DNA of 64,000 bases from an uncultured Bifidobacteriaceae bacterium (GCA_964505975.1 CAZDLW010000003.1:2947-66946); one strand, 5' to 3'; counted from the stretch's first letter, positions 9,756 to 19,479 are shown. A program made the numbers and translations. The notes: a model not told the origin generated them from the sequence alone.

Positions 9756-10990
9756 CCATCCGTACCAAAGGTGAGGGGTTGATTCGCCCCCGGCAGGCAG
9801 TCATTCTTGCCGGAGGCCGGGGCTCTCGGCTCGGTACGCTGACCGACGCTCGGCCAAAGCCCATGATCGAGGTGCACGGGCGCCCGTTTCTCGAGTATCT
9901 CGTGGAGATGCTCAGGGAGCAGGGATTCACCGAGGTGTTGCTCCTGCTTGGATACCGCGCGCACGTCGTGCAGGACCACTTCGGCGATGGCAGCCGATTT
10001 GGCGTACGTATCGAGTACTCCGTGACTCCTGCCGAGGACCTGACGGTCAGGCGCCTGCAGGCGGCGCGTAGTCGGATCGCCGACCCCTTCCTGCTGATGT
10101 ACTGCGACAACTACTGGCCGATGCCGTTCGAGAGGCTCTGGCGTCAATACGTCGGGGCGGGGGTCGCGGCGCTGACCACGGTCTATAGCAATAGAGACGG
10201 GTATTCGCGCAACACGGTCAAAGTCGGGTCGGATGGCGTGATTGAGATCTTCGACCGCACGCGAACCGCCCCGGGCCTCAACGGCATCGAGATCAGCTAC
10301 GCAATCCTGCGGCGCGATCTGCTCGACTTGCTGCCCGAACACGACATGCTGGTCGAGGAGGCCCTGTATCCGACACTGGCACTCCAGGGGCAGCTCGTGG
10401 CTCACGTCACGGATCACCGGTATTACAGCGTCGGTTCCGTGGATCGGCTCCCGCTGACCGAGGCATTTCTCGCCAGAACGCCCGCCGTCATCGTGGATCG
10501 CGACGGCGTCCTCAACCGTCGTCCGCCGCCGGGACAGTACGTGCGTGACGTCAGCGAGTTCGAGTGGCTGCCGGGGTCGCTCGAGGCACTTCGGGCGTTT
10601 CGCCAGGCTGGGTACCGTGTGATCGTCGCATCGAACCAGGCGGGCGTCGCGCGCGGCCACGTGAGTACCGACGCCCTCCACGCGATCCACGACATGATGC
10701 GAGCCCAGGCCGCCGAGGCGGGTGGGGGCATCGACGCCATTTACTACTGTCCGCACGATTGGGACGCGGGGTGCGAGTGCCGCAAACCGCGACCGGGTCT
10801 CCTGTTCCAGGCCCAACGCGATTTTTCGCTGGATCTCACACGGACATGCTTTCTGGGTGACGACGAACGGGACTTGCAGGCGGCGGAGGCCGCTGGCGCC
10901 CCCGGGCGGCTGGTCACCGCGACGGAACCACTTCTGGTTCATACTCGTCAACTGCTCGCTCACACGGCCTCCTCGGAGCTCCGCAACTGA
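9752..10990 (+). CDS. Fusion of HddC-like nucleotidyltransferase and GmhB-like heptose-1,7-bisphosphate phosphatase
   Basis: N-terminal ILAGGRGSRLGTLT..RPKPM; C-terminal HAD DRDGVLN, SNQAGVARG, CPH....CECRKP.PG, GDDERD. Confidence 0.9.
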   Translation: MTIRTKGEGLIRPRQAVILAGGRGSRLGTLTDARPKPMIEVHGRPFLEYLVEMLREQGFTEVLLLLGYRAHVVQDHFGDGSRFGVRIEYSVTPAEDLTVRRLQAARSRIADPFLLMYCDNYWPMPFERLWRQYVGAGVAALTTVYSNRDGYSRNTVKVGSDGVIEIFDRTRTAPGLNGIEISYAILRRDLLDLLPEHDMLVEEALYPTLALQGQLVAHVTDHRYYSVGSVDRLPLTEAFLARTPAVIVDRDGVLNRRPPPGQYVRDVSEFEWLPGSLEALRAFRQAGYRVIVASNQAGVARGHVSTDALHAIHDMMRAQAAEAGGGIDAIYYCPHDWDAGCECRKPRPGLLFQAQRDFSLDLTRTCFLGDDERDLQAAEAAGAPGRLVTATEPLLVHTRQLLAHTASSELRN

Positions 10991-10991
10991 T

Positions 10992-12041
10992 ATGTCGCGA
11001 ATTCAACGCATTCTCATGACCGGCCACAACGGCTATCTCGGTTCCGTCATGGCGCCGCACCTGACGAGTGCCGGCTACGACGTCGTTGGTCTCGACGCCA
11101 ACTACTTCCGCGAGTGCACACTCGTCCCTGGTGCCGAGGGGATGGAGATCGAAAAGGACCTGCGCGATCTGGACGCCGGCGATCTGAGGGACATCGATGC
11201 CGTCGTGCATCTGGCCGCGCTGAGCAACGATCCCATCGGAAATCTGAGCGCTGACTGGACGCGCGACATCAACCTGCTCGCCACGATACGGTTGGCGGAG
11301 CTGGCTCGAGCTGCGGGCGTGCGACGGTTTCTCTTCTCCTCCTCGTGCATCATGTACGGTCTGTCGGATGCGCCAGTCGTCAACGAGGAGTCGCCACTCG
11401 ATCCACGCACCGTGTACGCCCGATCGAAGGTCGAGGCCGAGCGCGCCCTCTCGGCGTTGGCCACGGCGGATTTCTCGCCGACGTTTCTTCGCAACGGCAC
11501 GGTGTACGGGTTGTCGTCCCGGATGCGATTCGACACGGTCCTGAACGATCTGGTCGGTGCTGCAGTCACCGAGGGTCGGGTGGTCGTCCAGGGTGATGGG
11601 ACACCGTGGCGTCCCGTCGTGCACGTCGAGGACGTGGCGCGGGCATTCGCCGCCGTGATCGAGGCGCCACGGGAGGCCGTGCACAATCAGGCGTTCAACG
11701 TCGGTGCCGACACGCTGAACATCCAGGTCGGCGACCTGGCCACGGTCGTGGCGCGGGTCGTGCCGGAATGCCAGCTCGAGGTAGCGGGATCGCCGGCTGC
11801 GGATCGTCGGTCGTATCGCGCGGATTTCTCCAAGTTCGGCCGCACCTTCCCGTCGGTGGTCTTCCGTTCGCCGGCCTCTGGTGCTCGTGACCTGTATGAC
11901 ACATTTGCCGCGTTGCCCCTCACGCGGGATCACTATCGCAGCGACCGCTTCATTCGCCTGAAGTGGCTGCACCGGTTGCTCGATTCGGGCCGTCTCGATC
12001 AGTCGCTGCGATGGACGGTCACCGTGGGGGCCGACCGATGA
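10992..12041 (+). CDS. NAD-dependent epimerase/dehydratase (paralog of 859-1884)
   Basis: ILMTGHNGYLG, HLAALSNDP, SSCIMYG, YARSK, FLRNGTVYG.S.RMRFD. Confidence 0.9.
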   Translation: MSRIQRILMTGHNGYLGSVMAPHLTSAGYDVVGLDANYFRECTLVPGAEGMEIEKDLRDLDAGDLRDIDAVVHLAALSNDPIGNLSADWTRDINLLATIRLAELARAAGVRRFLFSSSCIMYGLSDAPVVNEESPLDPRTVYARSKVEAERALSALATADFSPTFLRNGTVYGLSSRMRFDTVLNDLVGAAVTEGRVVVQGDGTPWRPVVHVEDVARAFAAVIEAPREAVHNQAFNVGADTLNIQVGDLATVVARVVPECQLEVAGSPAADRRSYRADFSKFGRTFPSVVFRSPASGARDLYDTFAALPLTRDHYRSDRFIRLKWLHRLLDSGRLDQSLRWTVTVGADR

Positions 12042-12487
12042 TCGACGGGGTGAAGGTTGTTCCGTTGCGTCAGATCGTGGACGAGCGGGGCAAGATCATG
12101 CATATGATGAAGGCCACCGATCCGCACTTCATCCGGTTCGGCGAGATCTACTTCTCGTGTGCCTGGCCCGGGACGATCAAAGCGTGGCATGTCCACACAC
12201 GCATGACCATCAACAATGCGGTCATGGTGGGGAGCGCCAAGCTGGTGATGTACGACCTGCGGCCCGACTCGCCCACACAGGGAGAGCTCCAGGAGGTGTT
12301 CCTGGGTGAGGACAACTACTGCCTCGTGCAGATTCCGCCGGGGATCGCGAACGGCTACAAGGCGTACGGGGACAAGATGGTCGTGCTGGCCAACTGTGCA
12401 ACCGAGTCGCACGACCCGGACGAGATCGTCAGAGTCGATCCATTCACGCCGGACATCCCCTACGACTGGTCATTGCGCCATGGCTGA
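12038..12487 (+). CDS. Short RmlC-like cupin (sugar epimerase/isomerase)
   Basis: MIDGVKVVPL...DERG, FGEIYFS, IKAWHVH, YDLRPDSPT, IPPGIANGYK. Confidence 0.85.
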   Translation: MIDGVKVVPLRQIVDERGKIMHMMKATDPHFIRFGEIYFSCAWPGTIKAWHVHTRMTINNAVMVGSAKLVMYDLRPDSPTQGELQEVFLGEDNYCLVQIPPGIANGYKAYGDKMVVLANCATESHDPDEIVRVDPFTPDIPYDWSLRHG

Positions 12488-12639
12488 GAGGCAGCTCGGG
12501 TCCGCACGCCGCGGGACCGTTGCAGGCCGACCGCCGCTCCACCCACACAGCACTCGTGTCCGGCCCGCGTGCGGCCGACACTCCGCTCACTGTGAGGCGT
12601 CGGGCGCGCCCCCTCGCCGCATGAGACTTGCTGAGGCGT

Positions 12640-13203
12640 ATGGTCTTCAGTGAAACACCGCTGCCCGGTGCGTTTCTCATCGACGTGGAACGCAGATCCG
12701 ATGATCGAGGCTTCAACGCACGAGCCTGGTGCGAACGGGAATTCGAGGCGCAGGGTCTCGTGTCTCGTATGGTTCAGGCGAATACGATAGTCAACCACCG
12801 CAAGGGCACGCTTCGCGGGCTGCACTATCAGGCAGGGGCTGCCGCCGAGGCCAAAGTGTTTCGCTGCGTGCGCGGAGCGATTTTCGACGTCATCGTCGAC
12901 CTCAGGGAAGAGTCTCCGACGTACACGCAATGGTTCGGCGTCGAGCTCACTGCGGAGAGCCGGCGGATGCTGTACGTGCCGCGGCGTTTTGCGCAGGGCT
13001 TCGTGACGCTCGCGGACGATACCGAGCTCTTCTATCACGTATCCGCTTTCTATGCCCCCGAATGCGAGCGGGGTATTCGTTACGACGATCCTGCAATCGG
13101 GATCGCATGGCCGGTCGGGCCGACCGTGATCTCGGAGAAGGACTTGGGTTGGCCGGACTTCACCTCACGAGTGCCGTTGGAGCACATCAATGATCGTCGT
13201 TGA
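12640..13203 (+). CDS. rfbC: RmlC/RfbC-like 3,5-epimerase, second full-length copy
   Basis: DDRGFNAR, KGTLRGLHYQ, EAKVFRC.RG, YVPRRFAQGF (the usual AHGF His is Gln), GIRYDDP. Confidence 0.85.
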   Translation: MVFSETPLPGAFLIDVERRSDDRGFNARAWCEREFEAQGLVSRMVQANTIVNHRKGTLRGLHYQAGAAAEAKVFRCVRGAIFDVIVDLREESPTYTQWFGVELTAESRRMLYVPRRFAQGFVTLADDTELFYHVSAFYAPECERGIRYDDPAIGIAWPVGPTVISEKDLGWPDFTSRVPLEHINDRR

Positions 13204-14506
13204 CAGCGCACTGGCCCGGCGAGCGCGCGAAGGGTCTCCAGTCCGTGTCGGGATGGTGGGTGCCGGAGCCATGGGCCGGGGGATTGCCCGGCAGATTCTT
13301 CATTCGGTGCCGGGTTTGCGTCTGGCCGCCGTCGCGAACCGTCACGTGGAACGTGCCGCCCAGGCGTACGTCGACGCGGGGGTTCAGGATGTCGTGACGG
13401 CACGGTCGGCGGCCGAGCTCGAGTCGGCCGTGACGGACAACCGTCCCGCAGTCATCCAGGACGGTATCGAGCTGTGCGCGGCGCCTTCTATCGACGTGAT
13501 CCTCGAGGTGACCGGTGCGGTTGATTTTGGTGCCCAGGTGGTGATGAATGCCATCCGACACCGGAAGCACGTCGTCACGATGAACGCAGAGCTTCAAGGA
13601 ACGGTGGGGCCCATCCTGAAGACCTTCGCGGACGAGGCCGGCGTTGTCTTGACAGACTCCGATGGCGATCAGCCGGGCGTCATCATGAACCTGTACCGGT
13701 TCGCACAGGCCATCGGCTGTCGTCCCGTGCTGGCCGGAAACATCAAGGGGTTGCACGACCGGTATCGGAATCCTTCGACGCAGGCCGAGTTTGCCCGGCG
13801 CAACAAGCTTGCACCGCACATGGCCGCGTCGTTTGCCGATGGCACGAAGGTGTCGTTCGAGATGGCCATTGTGGCGAACGCTACCGGGCTGCGCGTCGGC
13901 GTGCGTGGGATGTACGGGCCAGACTGCCAGGACGTGCAGGATGCGGCGCGCCTCTTCCCGCTCGATCGGCTCCTCGACGGCGGGCTCGTCGACTACGTCG
14001 TCGGGGCCAAACCCTCCCCCGGCGTGTTCGTCCTCGGCTATCAGGATGACGCCGTGCAACGGGAGTACTTGAAGCTGTACAAGATGGGCGACGGCCCGCT
14101 GTACACGTTCTACACCCCCTATCATCTCTGTCATTTCGAGGTCCCGCTCACGGTCGCCCGGGCGGCCCTGCTGGGTGATGCGGCGGTGGCGCCAATCGGT
14201 GCGCCGGTCGTCGAGGTCGTGGCGACGGCCAAGGCCGACCTTCGGGCCGGGATGATGCTCGACGGAATCGGCCATTTCATGTCGTACGGCCTGTGCGAGA
14301 ATGCCGACGTGGCCCTTGCCGAGCGGCTGCTGCCCATGGGTGTGGCCGAGGGCTGCCGGCTCGTACGGGACGTTCCCAGGGATCAGGTTCTCACCTACGA
14401 TGACGTGGACCTGCCGCCGGGTCGCGTCGTGGACGCTCTCCGCGCCCGCCAGACCGAGAGGTTTCGACAGGAATTGTCCACTCGATCGATGGCGGCGCCT
14501 GCCTGA
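13190..14506 (+). CDS. NAD(P)-dependent oxidoreductase, homoserine-dehydrogenase-like with C-terminal SAF domain
   Basis: VGMVGAGAMG, NAEL..TVGP, DGDQPGV, SFADGTK, YTPYHLCHFE, AKADL.AG..LDGIG, C-terminal SAF-like segment. Confidence 0.85.
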   Translation: MIVVDSALARRAREGSPVRVGMVGAGAMGRGIARQILHSVPGLRLAAVANRHVERAAQAYVDAGVQDVVTARSAAELESAVTDNRPAVIQDGIELCAAPSIDVILEVTGAVDFGAQVVMNAIRHRKHVVTMNAELQGTVGPILKTFADEAGVVLTDSDGDQPGVIMNLYRFAQAIGCRPVLAGNIKGLHDRYRNPSTQAEFARRNKLAPHMAASFADGTKVSFEMAIVANATGLRVGVRGMYGPDCQDVQDAARLFPLDRLLDGGLVDYVVGAKPSPGVFVLGYQDDAVQREYLKLYKMGDGPLYTFYTPYHLCHFEVPLTVARAALLGDAAVAPIGAPVVEVVATAKADLRAGMMLDGIGHFMSYGLCENADVALAERLLPMGVAEGCRLVRDVPRDQVLTYDDVDLPPGRVVDALRARQTERFRQELSTRSMAAPA

Positions 14507-14593
14507 CCACCGCACGACCGCGACTGCTGCGGTTCGATGCATTCCCGACACGGCACAGAACGGCCGGGACGTGACGCCCTCCTTGGAGTCCGC

Positions 14594-15661
14594 ATGATTG
14601 CGACAGCACGCACGACGCAGGTGACACCCGCTCTTCGCACGGCACGGCAGGCGTCGCCCTACGAGCACAGTGTCGTCATGACCAGGACTCCCCTGCGCAT
14701 CAGCCTGGCGGGAGGCGGGACCGACCTCGCCGAGTTCTACGAGCACGATTATGGCGCCGTGTTCAGCACGGCCATCGATCAGTACGTCTACGTGACGGTG
14801 AAGCGCCACAGCGAGCTGTTCTACGAGCCCATCCGGATCAATTACTCGAAGACCGAGCAGGTCAACGACACCTCGGAGATCGAGAACGGGATCGCCCGGG
14901 AGTGTCTGACGCTCATGGAGATCGAGCCGCCAATCTATGTCAGCGTCGTTGGCGACATGCCCGCGTCCACGGGCCTCGGCGGGTCCAGCAGTTTCGCGGT
15001 CGGTCTGCTGCATGCGTTGCATGCCCTGCGCGGTGAGCGCGTGTCGGCCGGCCAGCTCGCAGAGGAAGCCTCGCACATCGAGATCGATGTGTTGAAGCAG
15101 CCAATCGGCAAGCAGGATCAGTACGCCGCGGCGTTCGGAGGGTTGAATTACTTTCGCTTCGAGCCCGGCGGGCGGGTGACGGTCGAGCCGCAGCGGATTC
15201 CGGCGCACCGGCTGGCGGAGTTCTTCGACCACACGTTGTTGCTGTGGACCGGGATGCAGCGGGACACCGATTCGGTTCTCGCCGAACAGCGCCGGAATAC
15301 GCCCCAGAAGCTGGACCTCCTGCGTCAGATCCGGGCCCACGCCGAGCGCCTGCGCGGACTGGTCAGCGATGGCATCCTCGATCCGGTCGTCGTCGGGCGG
15401 ATCCTGCACGAGAGCTGGCTCAGGAAACGAGAGCTGGCGGGAAGCATCACGACCGAACAGATCGACAGCTGGTACGAGCGCGCGATGGCCGCCGGAGCCG
15501 AGGGTGGCAAGTTGTGCGGTGCCGGGGGAGGCGGGTTTCTGCTGCTGTTCGTGCGGCCCGAGAATCGCGAGCGCGTGCGGAACGCGCTGAGCGAATTGAA
15601 GGAGGTGGAGGTGCGACCTGAGGTGCACGGATCGCGGGTCATGCTTCCCTTTCTTCGCTGA
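14594..15661 (+). CDS. hddA: GHMP kinase, D-glycero-D-manno-heptose 7-phosphate kinase-like
   Basis: RTPLRISLAGGGTD, PASTGLGGSSS, IGKQDQYAAAFGG, GGKLCGAGGGGF; GGAG upstream of the ATG. Confidence 0.85.
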   Translation: MIATARTTQVTPALRTARQASPYEHSVVMTRTPLRISLAGGGTDLAEFYEHDYGAVFSTAIDQYVYVTVKRHSELFYEPIRINYSKTEQVNDTSEIENGIARECLTLMEIEPPIYVSVVGDMPASTGLGGSSSFAVGLLHALHALRGERVSAGQLAEEASHIEIDVLKQPIGKQDQYAAAFGGLNYFRFEPGGRVTVEPQRIPAHRLAEFFDHTLLLWTGMQRDTDSVLAEQRRNTPQKLDLLRQIRAHAERLRGLVSDGILDPVVVGRILHESWLRKRELAGSITTEQIDSWYERAMAAGAEGGKLCGAGGGGFLLLFVRPENRERVRNALSELKEVEVRPEVHGSRVMLPFLR

Positions 15662-15673
15662 AGGACCTTGGCC

Positions 15674-16351
15674 ATGCCCCAGTCGCCCCGACGTCGCGGC
15701 GTGGCACGTCCGCGGTTCATCGTGGTAGCCGGTCCGCCGTGCTCCGGCAAATCAACAGTGGCCAGGCGCCTCTCGGTGGAGCTCGGCTCGCCTCACCTCG
15801 AGATGGATGCCTTTCGCCGGCGGGTACTGCCGCAGTCGGATCAACGCGTCGAGCATCGTGACATCGCATACCGCGCGATGCACGCCGCGGCGGAGCTCCT
15901 GGCACCCTGGTGTGCCACGCTCGTGCTGGACGCGACGTATACGGCAGCCGTCTGCAGGCAGGATCTGCTCGGCACGATCGAACGCACCGGCGGAGATCTT
16001 GTCGTCGTCGAGTGCAAGGTCGATCCGATGATTGCGGTGCAGCGGTTCGAGAGTCGGGATGCTCATCCGGCGGTCGATCTCACCGCCGACCGCGTGACGG
16101 CCCTCGCCCGCGGCTATCCCTACTTCCCGGGCGCGTACATACTGCAGGGCGATCCCAGCCCCACGACTCATGTGTGTCACCTGGCTCTGGAGGGGTCCAC
16201 GCGACCGATGAGCCGCGTCGATCGCACCAGGTGGTGTCGGTACGGACAACCTCGTGAACGAGACGACCAGCGTGTGTCCCGCTCCGCTGCCGTGGTGGCG
16301 GCTTCTTCTTCCCCGTCGCGGTCCGTCGTCTCTCGAGCCAGTCGAGCGTGA
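15674..16351 (+). CDS. P-loop small-molecule kinase (AAA_33-like)
   Basis: IVVAGPPCSGKST Walker A, D..RR, LVLDATY, R...R lid motif. Confidence 0.7.
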   Translation: MPQSPRRRGVARPRFIVVAGPPCSGKSTVARRLSVELGSPHLEMDAFRRRVLPQSDQRVEHRDIAYRAMHAAAELLAPWCATLVLDATYTAAVCRQDLLGTIERTGGDLVVVECKVDPMIAVQRFESRDAHPAVDLTADRVTALARGYPYFPGAYILQGDPSPTTHVCHLALEGSTRPMSRVDRTRWCRYGQPRERDDQRVSRSAAVVAASSSPSRSVVSRASRA

Positions 16352-17903
16352 GGTGGCGTCTCCGCGTGTCGTGGGACCAGGAACAGGCGTGAGGCGGGAA
16401 GCGCGCGTGCTGTGGCTCTTCGTCTGGCTGCTGTGCGTGGGCTGTGTCACGCTGTTTCCGTTCGATTTCCGGTTGGCGCCTGCTGCGCTGACGCAAGGCC
16501 TGGAGACGTTCTGGGCCATGGCCTACACGCCTCCACCGGCCAGCGAGATTGTGCTCAACGTGCTGCTGTTCGTGCCTGTGGGGGCGTTGGTCTATGGCAG
16601 CGGCCAGGGCGGGCGTCGTGGGATGGGGCTCGTGGTACTCGCTGCGGCTGCGGGCGCGCTGATCTCGCTCACCGTCGAAGTGACGCAGGCGTTTCTCCCG
16701 CGCCGCGGTCCATCGGTGATGGACCTGCTCTCGAACACGATGGGCGCGCTCGCTGGCGCCCTCGCGCAGCGCGCGTGGGGCCCTGGTGCCGAGGCTGGTA
16801 TTGCGTGGGTGCGCAACCGGTCGCCGGCCATGCTGGTTGGCCTGATGACGGCGTTCACGGTGCTCGCGTTGCTCCTGTCGGCGGTCTTCCAGGGCCGGAC
16901 TCGGTTGAGCAACTGGAGCGCGGAGTATCCACTGCTCATCGGCAATGAGGGCACAGGCGACCGGCCGTGGCGAGGGCGCGTCTTCGCGCTCGAGGTGACC
17001 GATGCCGCCACACCAGCACGGCTCGTGCGCCAGTTCGCCGCCGGCGCGCCGCTGGATCTTCCCGGGAGCCGGGTTGCCGCGTTCCAGTTCGGAGGACCCG
17101 GGCCGTACCGAGATGCGACGGGAAATCTGCCGAGTCTCGAGTGGGTGAATCACCGCGATCGGTCCGGCCCCCCCGGTATCAGACTGGGTGCGGGCACGTT
17201 GTTGCGGACCGAGGGGCCTGCCGCGGCCGTCGCGCGACGACTTCGCGAGACCCACGCCTTCACGCTCCGCGTGCGGTGTGCCACTGACGACGCCAATCAG
17301 GATGGACCGGCGCGGATCGTGTCGTACTCGCGGGACGTCGAACACAGAAATTTCACGCTCGGCCAGCAGGGTGCCGACCTGGTGTTCCGGCTGCGCACGC
17401 CGAAGACCGGAGTCAATGGGAACCGGCCCGAATTGATCATCCCGGGCGTCTTCGCCGACAGGCAACCGCGAGATGTCCTCGTGACGTACGATGGAGCGAA
17501 CCTGCTCGTCACCGTGGCACATTCCCATCATGTCTCCCGGACGCGGTTGTACGTCGGCGCGAGCCTGGCACTGGCGGTGATCGATCTGGACATCAACGCC
17601 GAGGATGTGCCGGTCTTGAACGCGATGTACCTCGGCTTTCTGTTCCTCACTCCCGCTGCACTGGTGGGTGTGCTCGGACGCACGCGTCGCGAGCGCCTGC
17701 TGTTCGGCCTGTCCTGGGTTCTCGTCTTCACCGTCCTACTCGAGGGTACGCTCATGCGAGTGAGTGGACGAGCCTTCGACTGGGGCAACGTGGTCACGAC
17801 GGCCGTCGCGGGAACCGTTGTTGTCGGCGTGGTCGCGATCGCGCTCTCCAGGACGGGACGCGGGAACGTGTGGCGCGCTGACCGGCGTCCGGTTCGGGAG
17901 TGA
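16254..17903 (+). CDS. VanZ-family membrane protein with periplasmic LamG-like domain; start uncertain
   Basis: TLFPFDF, NVLLFVPVG, SLTVEVTQ.FLP.R.PSV.DLLSN (VanZ); Q.GPARIVSYS....RNFTLGQ.G.DLVFRLRTP (LamG-like); C-terminal TMs. Confidence 0.75.
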   Translation: MNETTSVCPAPLPWWRLLLPRRGPSSLEPVEREVASPRVVGPGTGVRREARVLWLFVWLLCVGCVTLFPFDFRLAPAALTQGLETFWAMAYTPPPASEIVLNVLLFVPVGALVYGSGQGGRRGMGLVVLAAAAGALISLTVEVTQAFLPRRGPSVMDLLSNTMGALAGALAQRAWGPGAEAGIAWVRNRSPAMLVGLMTAFTVLALLLSAVFQGRTRLSNWSAEYPLLIGNEGTGDRPWRGRVFALEVTDAATPARLVRQFAAGAPLDLPGSRVAAFQFGGPGPYRDATGNLPSLEWVNHRDRSGPPGIRLGAGTLLRTEGPAAAVARRLRETHAFTLRVRCATDDANQDGPARIVSYSRDVEHRNFTLGQQGADLVFRLRTPKTGVNGNRPELIIPGVFADRQPRDVLVTYDGANLLVTVAHSHHVSRTRLYVGASLALAVIDLDINAEDVPVLNAMYLGFLFLTPAALVGVLGRTRRERLLFGLSWVLVFTVLLEGTLMRVSGRAFDWGNVVTTAVAGTVVVGVVAIALSRTGRGNVWRADRRPVRE

Positions 17904-17922
17904 AGTTCGTGATGAAGCGTCG

Positions 17923-19470
17923 ATGATGTCCACTCTCGTGGGTCTCAGTGGAGCCAGGCGCAACGCGTGCGCCGCAATCTGTGTGGATGGACAGATACGC
18001 GCGGCGTGCGAGCAGGAGCGGCTGACTCGAGTGCGGGGCGTCGGCCTCGACACGTGTGGGCTGCCCGAGGAGGCCATCGACGAAGTAGTGGCGCTTGCCG
18101 GCTGCGCATCCGACGATGTGACCGGCTATGTTCTGGCGGAATCCCCCCTCAAATTCCAGCCGGCCGCGTCCGCCGTCGTGCTCGATCATCACGAGGCGCA
18201 CGCCGCCACTGCGTACCTGACGTCCCCTTTCAATCGCGCTGCCGTCCTCGTGTGCGACAGCCATCCCGACCGTGAGCTGAGTGTGTGGATGGGCGACGGC
18301 GGACGACTGCGCGACCAGGCCTGGCCCTGGAGGGGCCCCGCGTTCGCCAGGCTGTACTCTGACTGCGCCACGCTGTTCGCCTTGGAGCGCAACGGCAACG
18401 CACATCGACTGGAAACGCTGGCTCATCTGGGACGTGGTGACGCGGCCCGGCAACTCGAGCAGGTGCTCGGATACTCGGACGGGGGGTTGCAGCTCGCCGG
18501 CGACTGGCGGGAGCGGATCACACAGTTGATTCGACACGACCGCGGTCACCACGAACAGCCCATCGAAGCCGCCAGCGCCGTTCAGCGCAGGATCGGCGAG
18601 TTGTTGCTCGAGCTCGTGGCGGACATCCGTAAGACGGTCGACGCCGATGTGCTGTGCTTGAGTGGTGGCCTGTTTTTCAACACGTACTTCAACACGATCG
18701 TTCGCACCTCGGGGATCTTCGAAGACGTGTTCGTGCCGATCAATCCTGGGAACGCCGGCCTATCCGTTGGTGCGACACTGATGGTGGCTCGACAGGAGGC
18801 AAGTGGCTCGGCGAGCCCGCAGGAGGCCGTACACGAGACGGAGCCGGCGCGGTCCGTTTCGCCGTTCCTCGGTCCCGAATTCGACTCTGAAGCCATCAAG
18901 GCGGCGCTCGACGGCTGCAAGCTGGCGTACGAGTTCGTGAGCGAGACGGAAGCCATCGATGCCGCGGTCGTGGCGCTCGCCCGGGGACAGCTCGTGGCGT
19001 GGTTCCAAGGCCGGATGGAGTGGGGCCCCCGGGCGCTCGGTCATCGAAGCATCCTGGCGGATCCGCGATCGCCGTACGTGCTCGACAACCTGAATTTCTT
19101 CCTGCGCAAACGCGATCGCTCGCGGCCGTTTGGTGTGTCGGCCTGCCGCGATCGCGTCCCGGAGCTTTTCTGCGGCCCGCCGGTCTCGCCCTTCATGGAG
19201 TACGAGTACACACTCCGCAGCGGGCACCTGCAGCATGTCGTGCCGTCGGGAGCCAGGTCGATCCGCGTCCAGACTGTGACTGCCGACAACGGCATGTTCT
19301 GGACGTTGCACGAGCGTCTGGAGCAGGCGACGGGCAGCGGCGTTCTCGTCAACACCTCGTTCAATGGGTTCCATGAGCCGATTGTCTGCAGCCCTCGGGA
19401 TGCCATTCGAGTCTTCTACGGTACCGGGTTGGACATCCTGATCATGGGCCGGTTCATTCTCAGGAAGTAG
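17923..19470 (+). CDS. Divergent NodU/CmcH-family carbamoyltransferase
   Basis: EQERLTR, DHHEAHAA, LSGGLFFN, EWGPRALGHRSILADP, RVQTV, NTSFN...EPIV; several catalytic motifs altered. Confidence 0.85.
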   Translation: MMSTLVGLSGARRNACAAICVDGQIRAACEQERLTRVRGVGLDTCGLPEEAIDEVVALAGCASDDVTGYVLAESPLKFQPAASAVVLDHHEAHAATAYLTSPFNRAAVLVCDSHPDRELSVWMGDGGRLRDQAWPWRGPAFARLYSDCATLFALERNGNAHRLETLAHLGRGDAARQLEQVLGYSDGGLQLAGDWRERITQLIRHDRGHHEQPIEAASAVQRRIGELLLELVADIRKTVDADVLCLSGGLFFNTYFNTIVRTSGIFEDVFVPINPGNAGLSVGATLMVARQEASGSASPQEAVHETEPARSVSPFLGPEFDSEAIKAALDGCKLAYEFVSETEAIDAAVVALARGQLVAWFQGRMEWGPRALGHRSILADPRSPYVLDNLNFFLRKRDRSRPFGVSACRDRVPELFCGPPVSPFMEYEYTLRSGHLQHVVPSGARSIRVQTVTADNGMFWTLHERLEQATGSGVLVNTSFNGFHEPIVCSPRDAIRVFYGTGLDILIMGRFILRK

Positions 19471-19479
19471 CTCGTCTCC

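Noticed and set aside
13187-15628. 813-aa minus-strand ORF
   Set aside because: Lies exactly opposite the SAF oxidoreductase and hddA; no recognisable domain.
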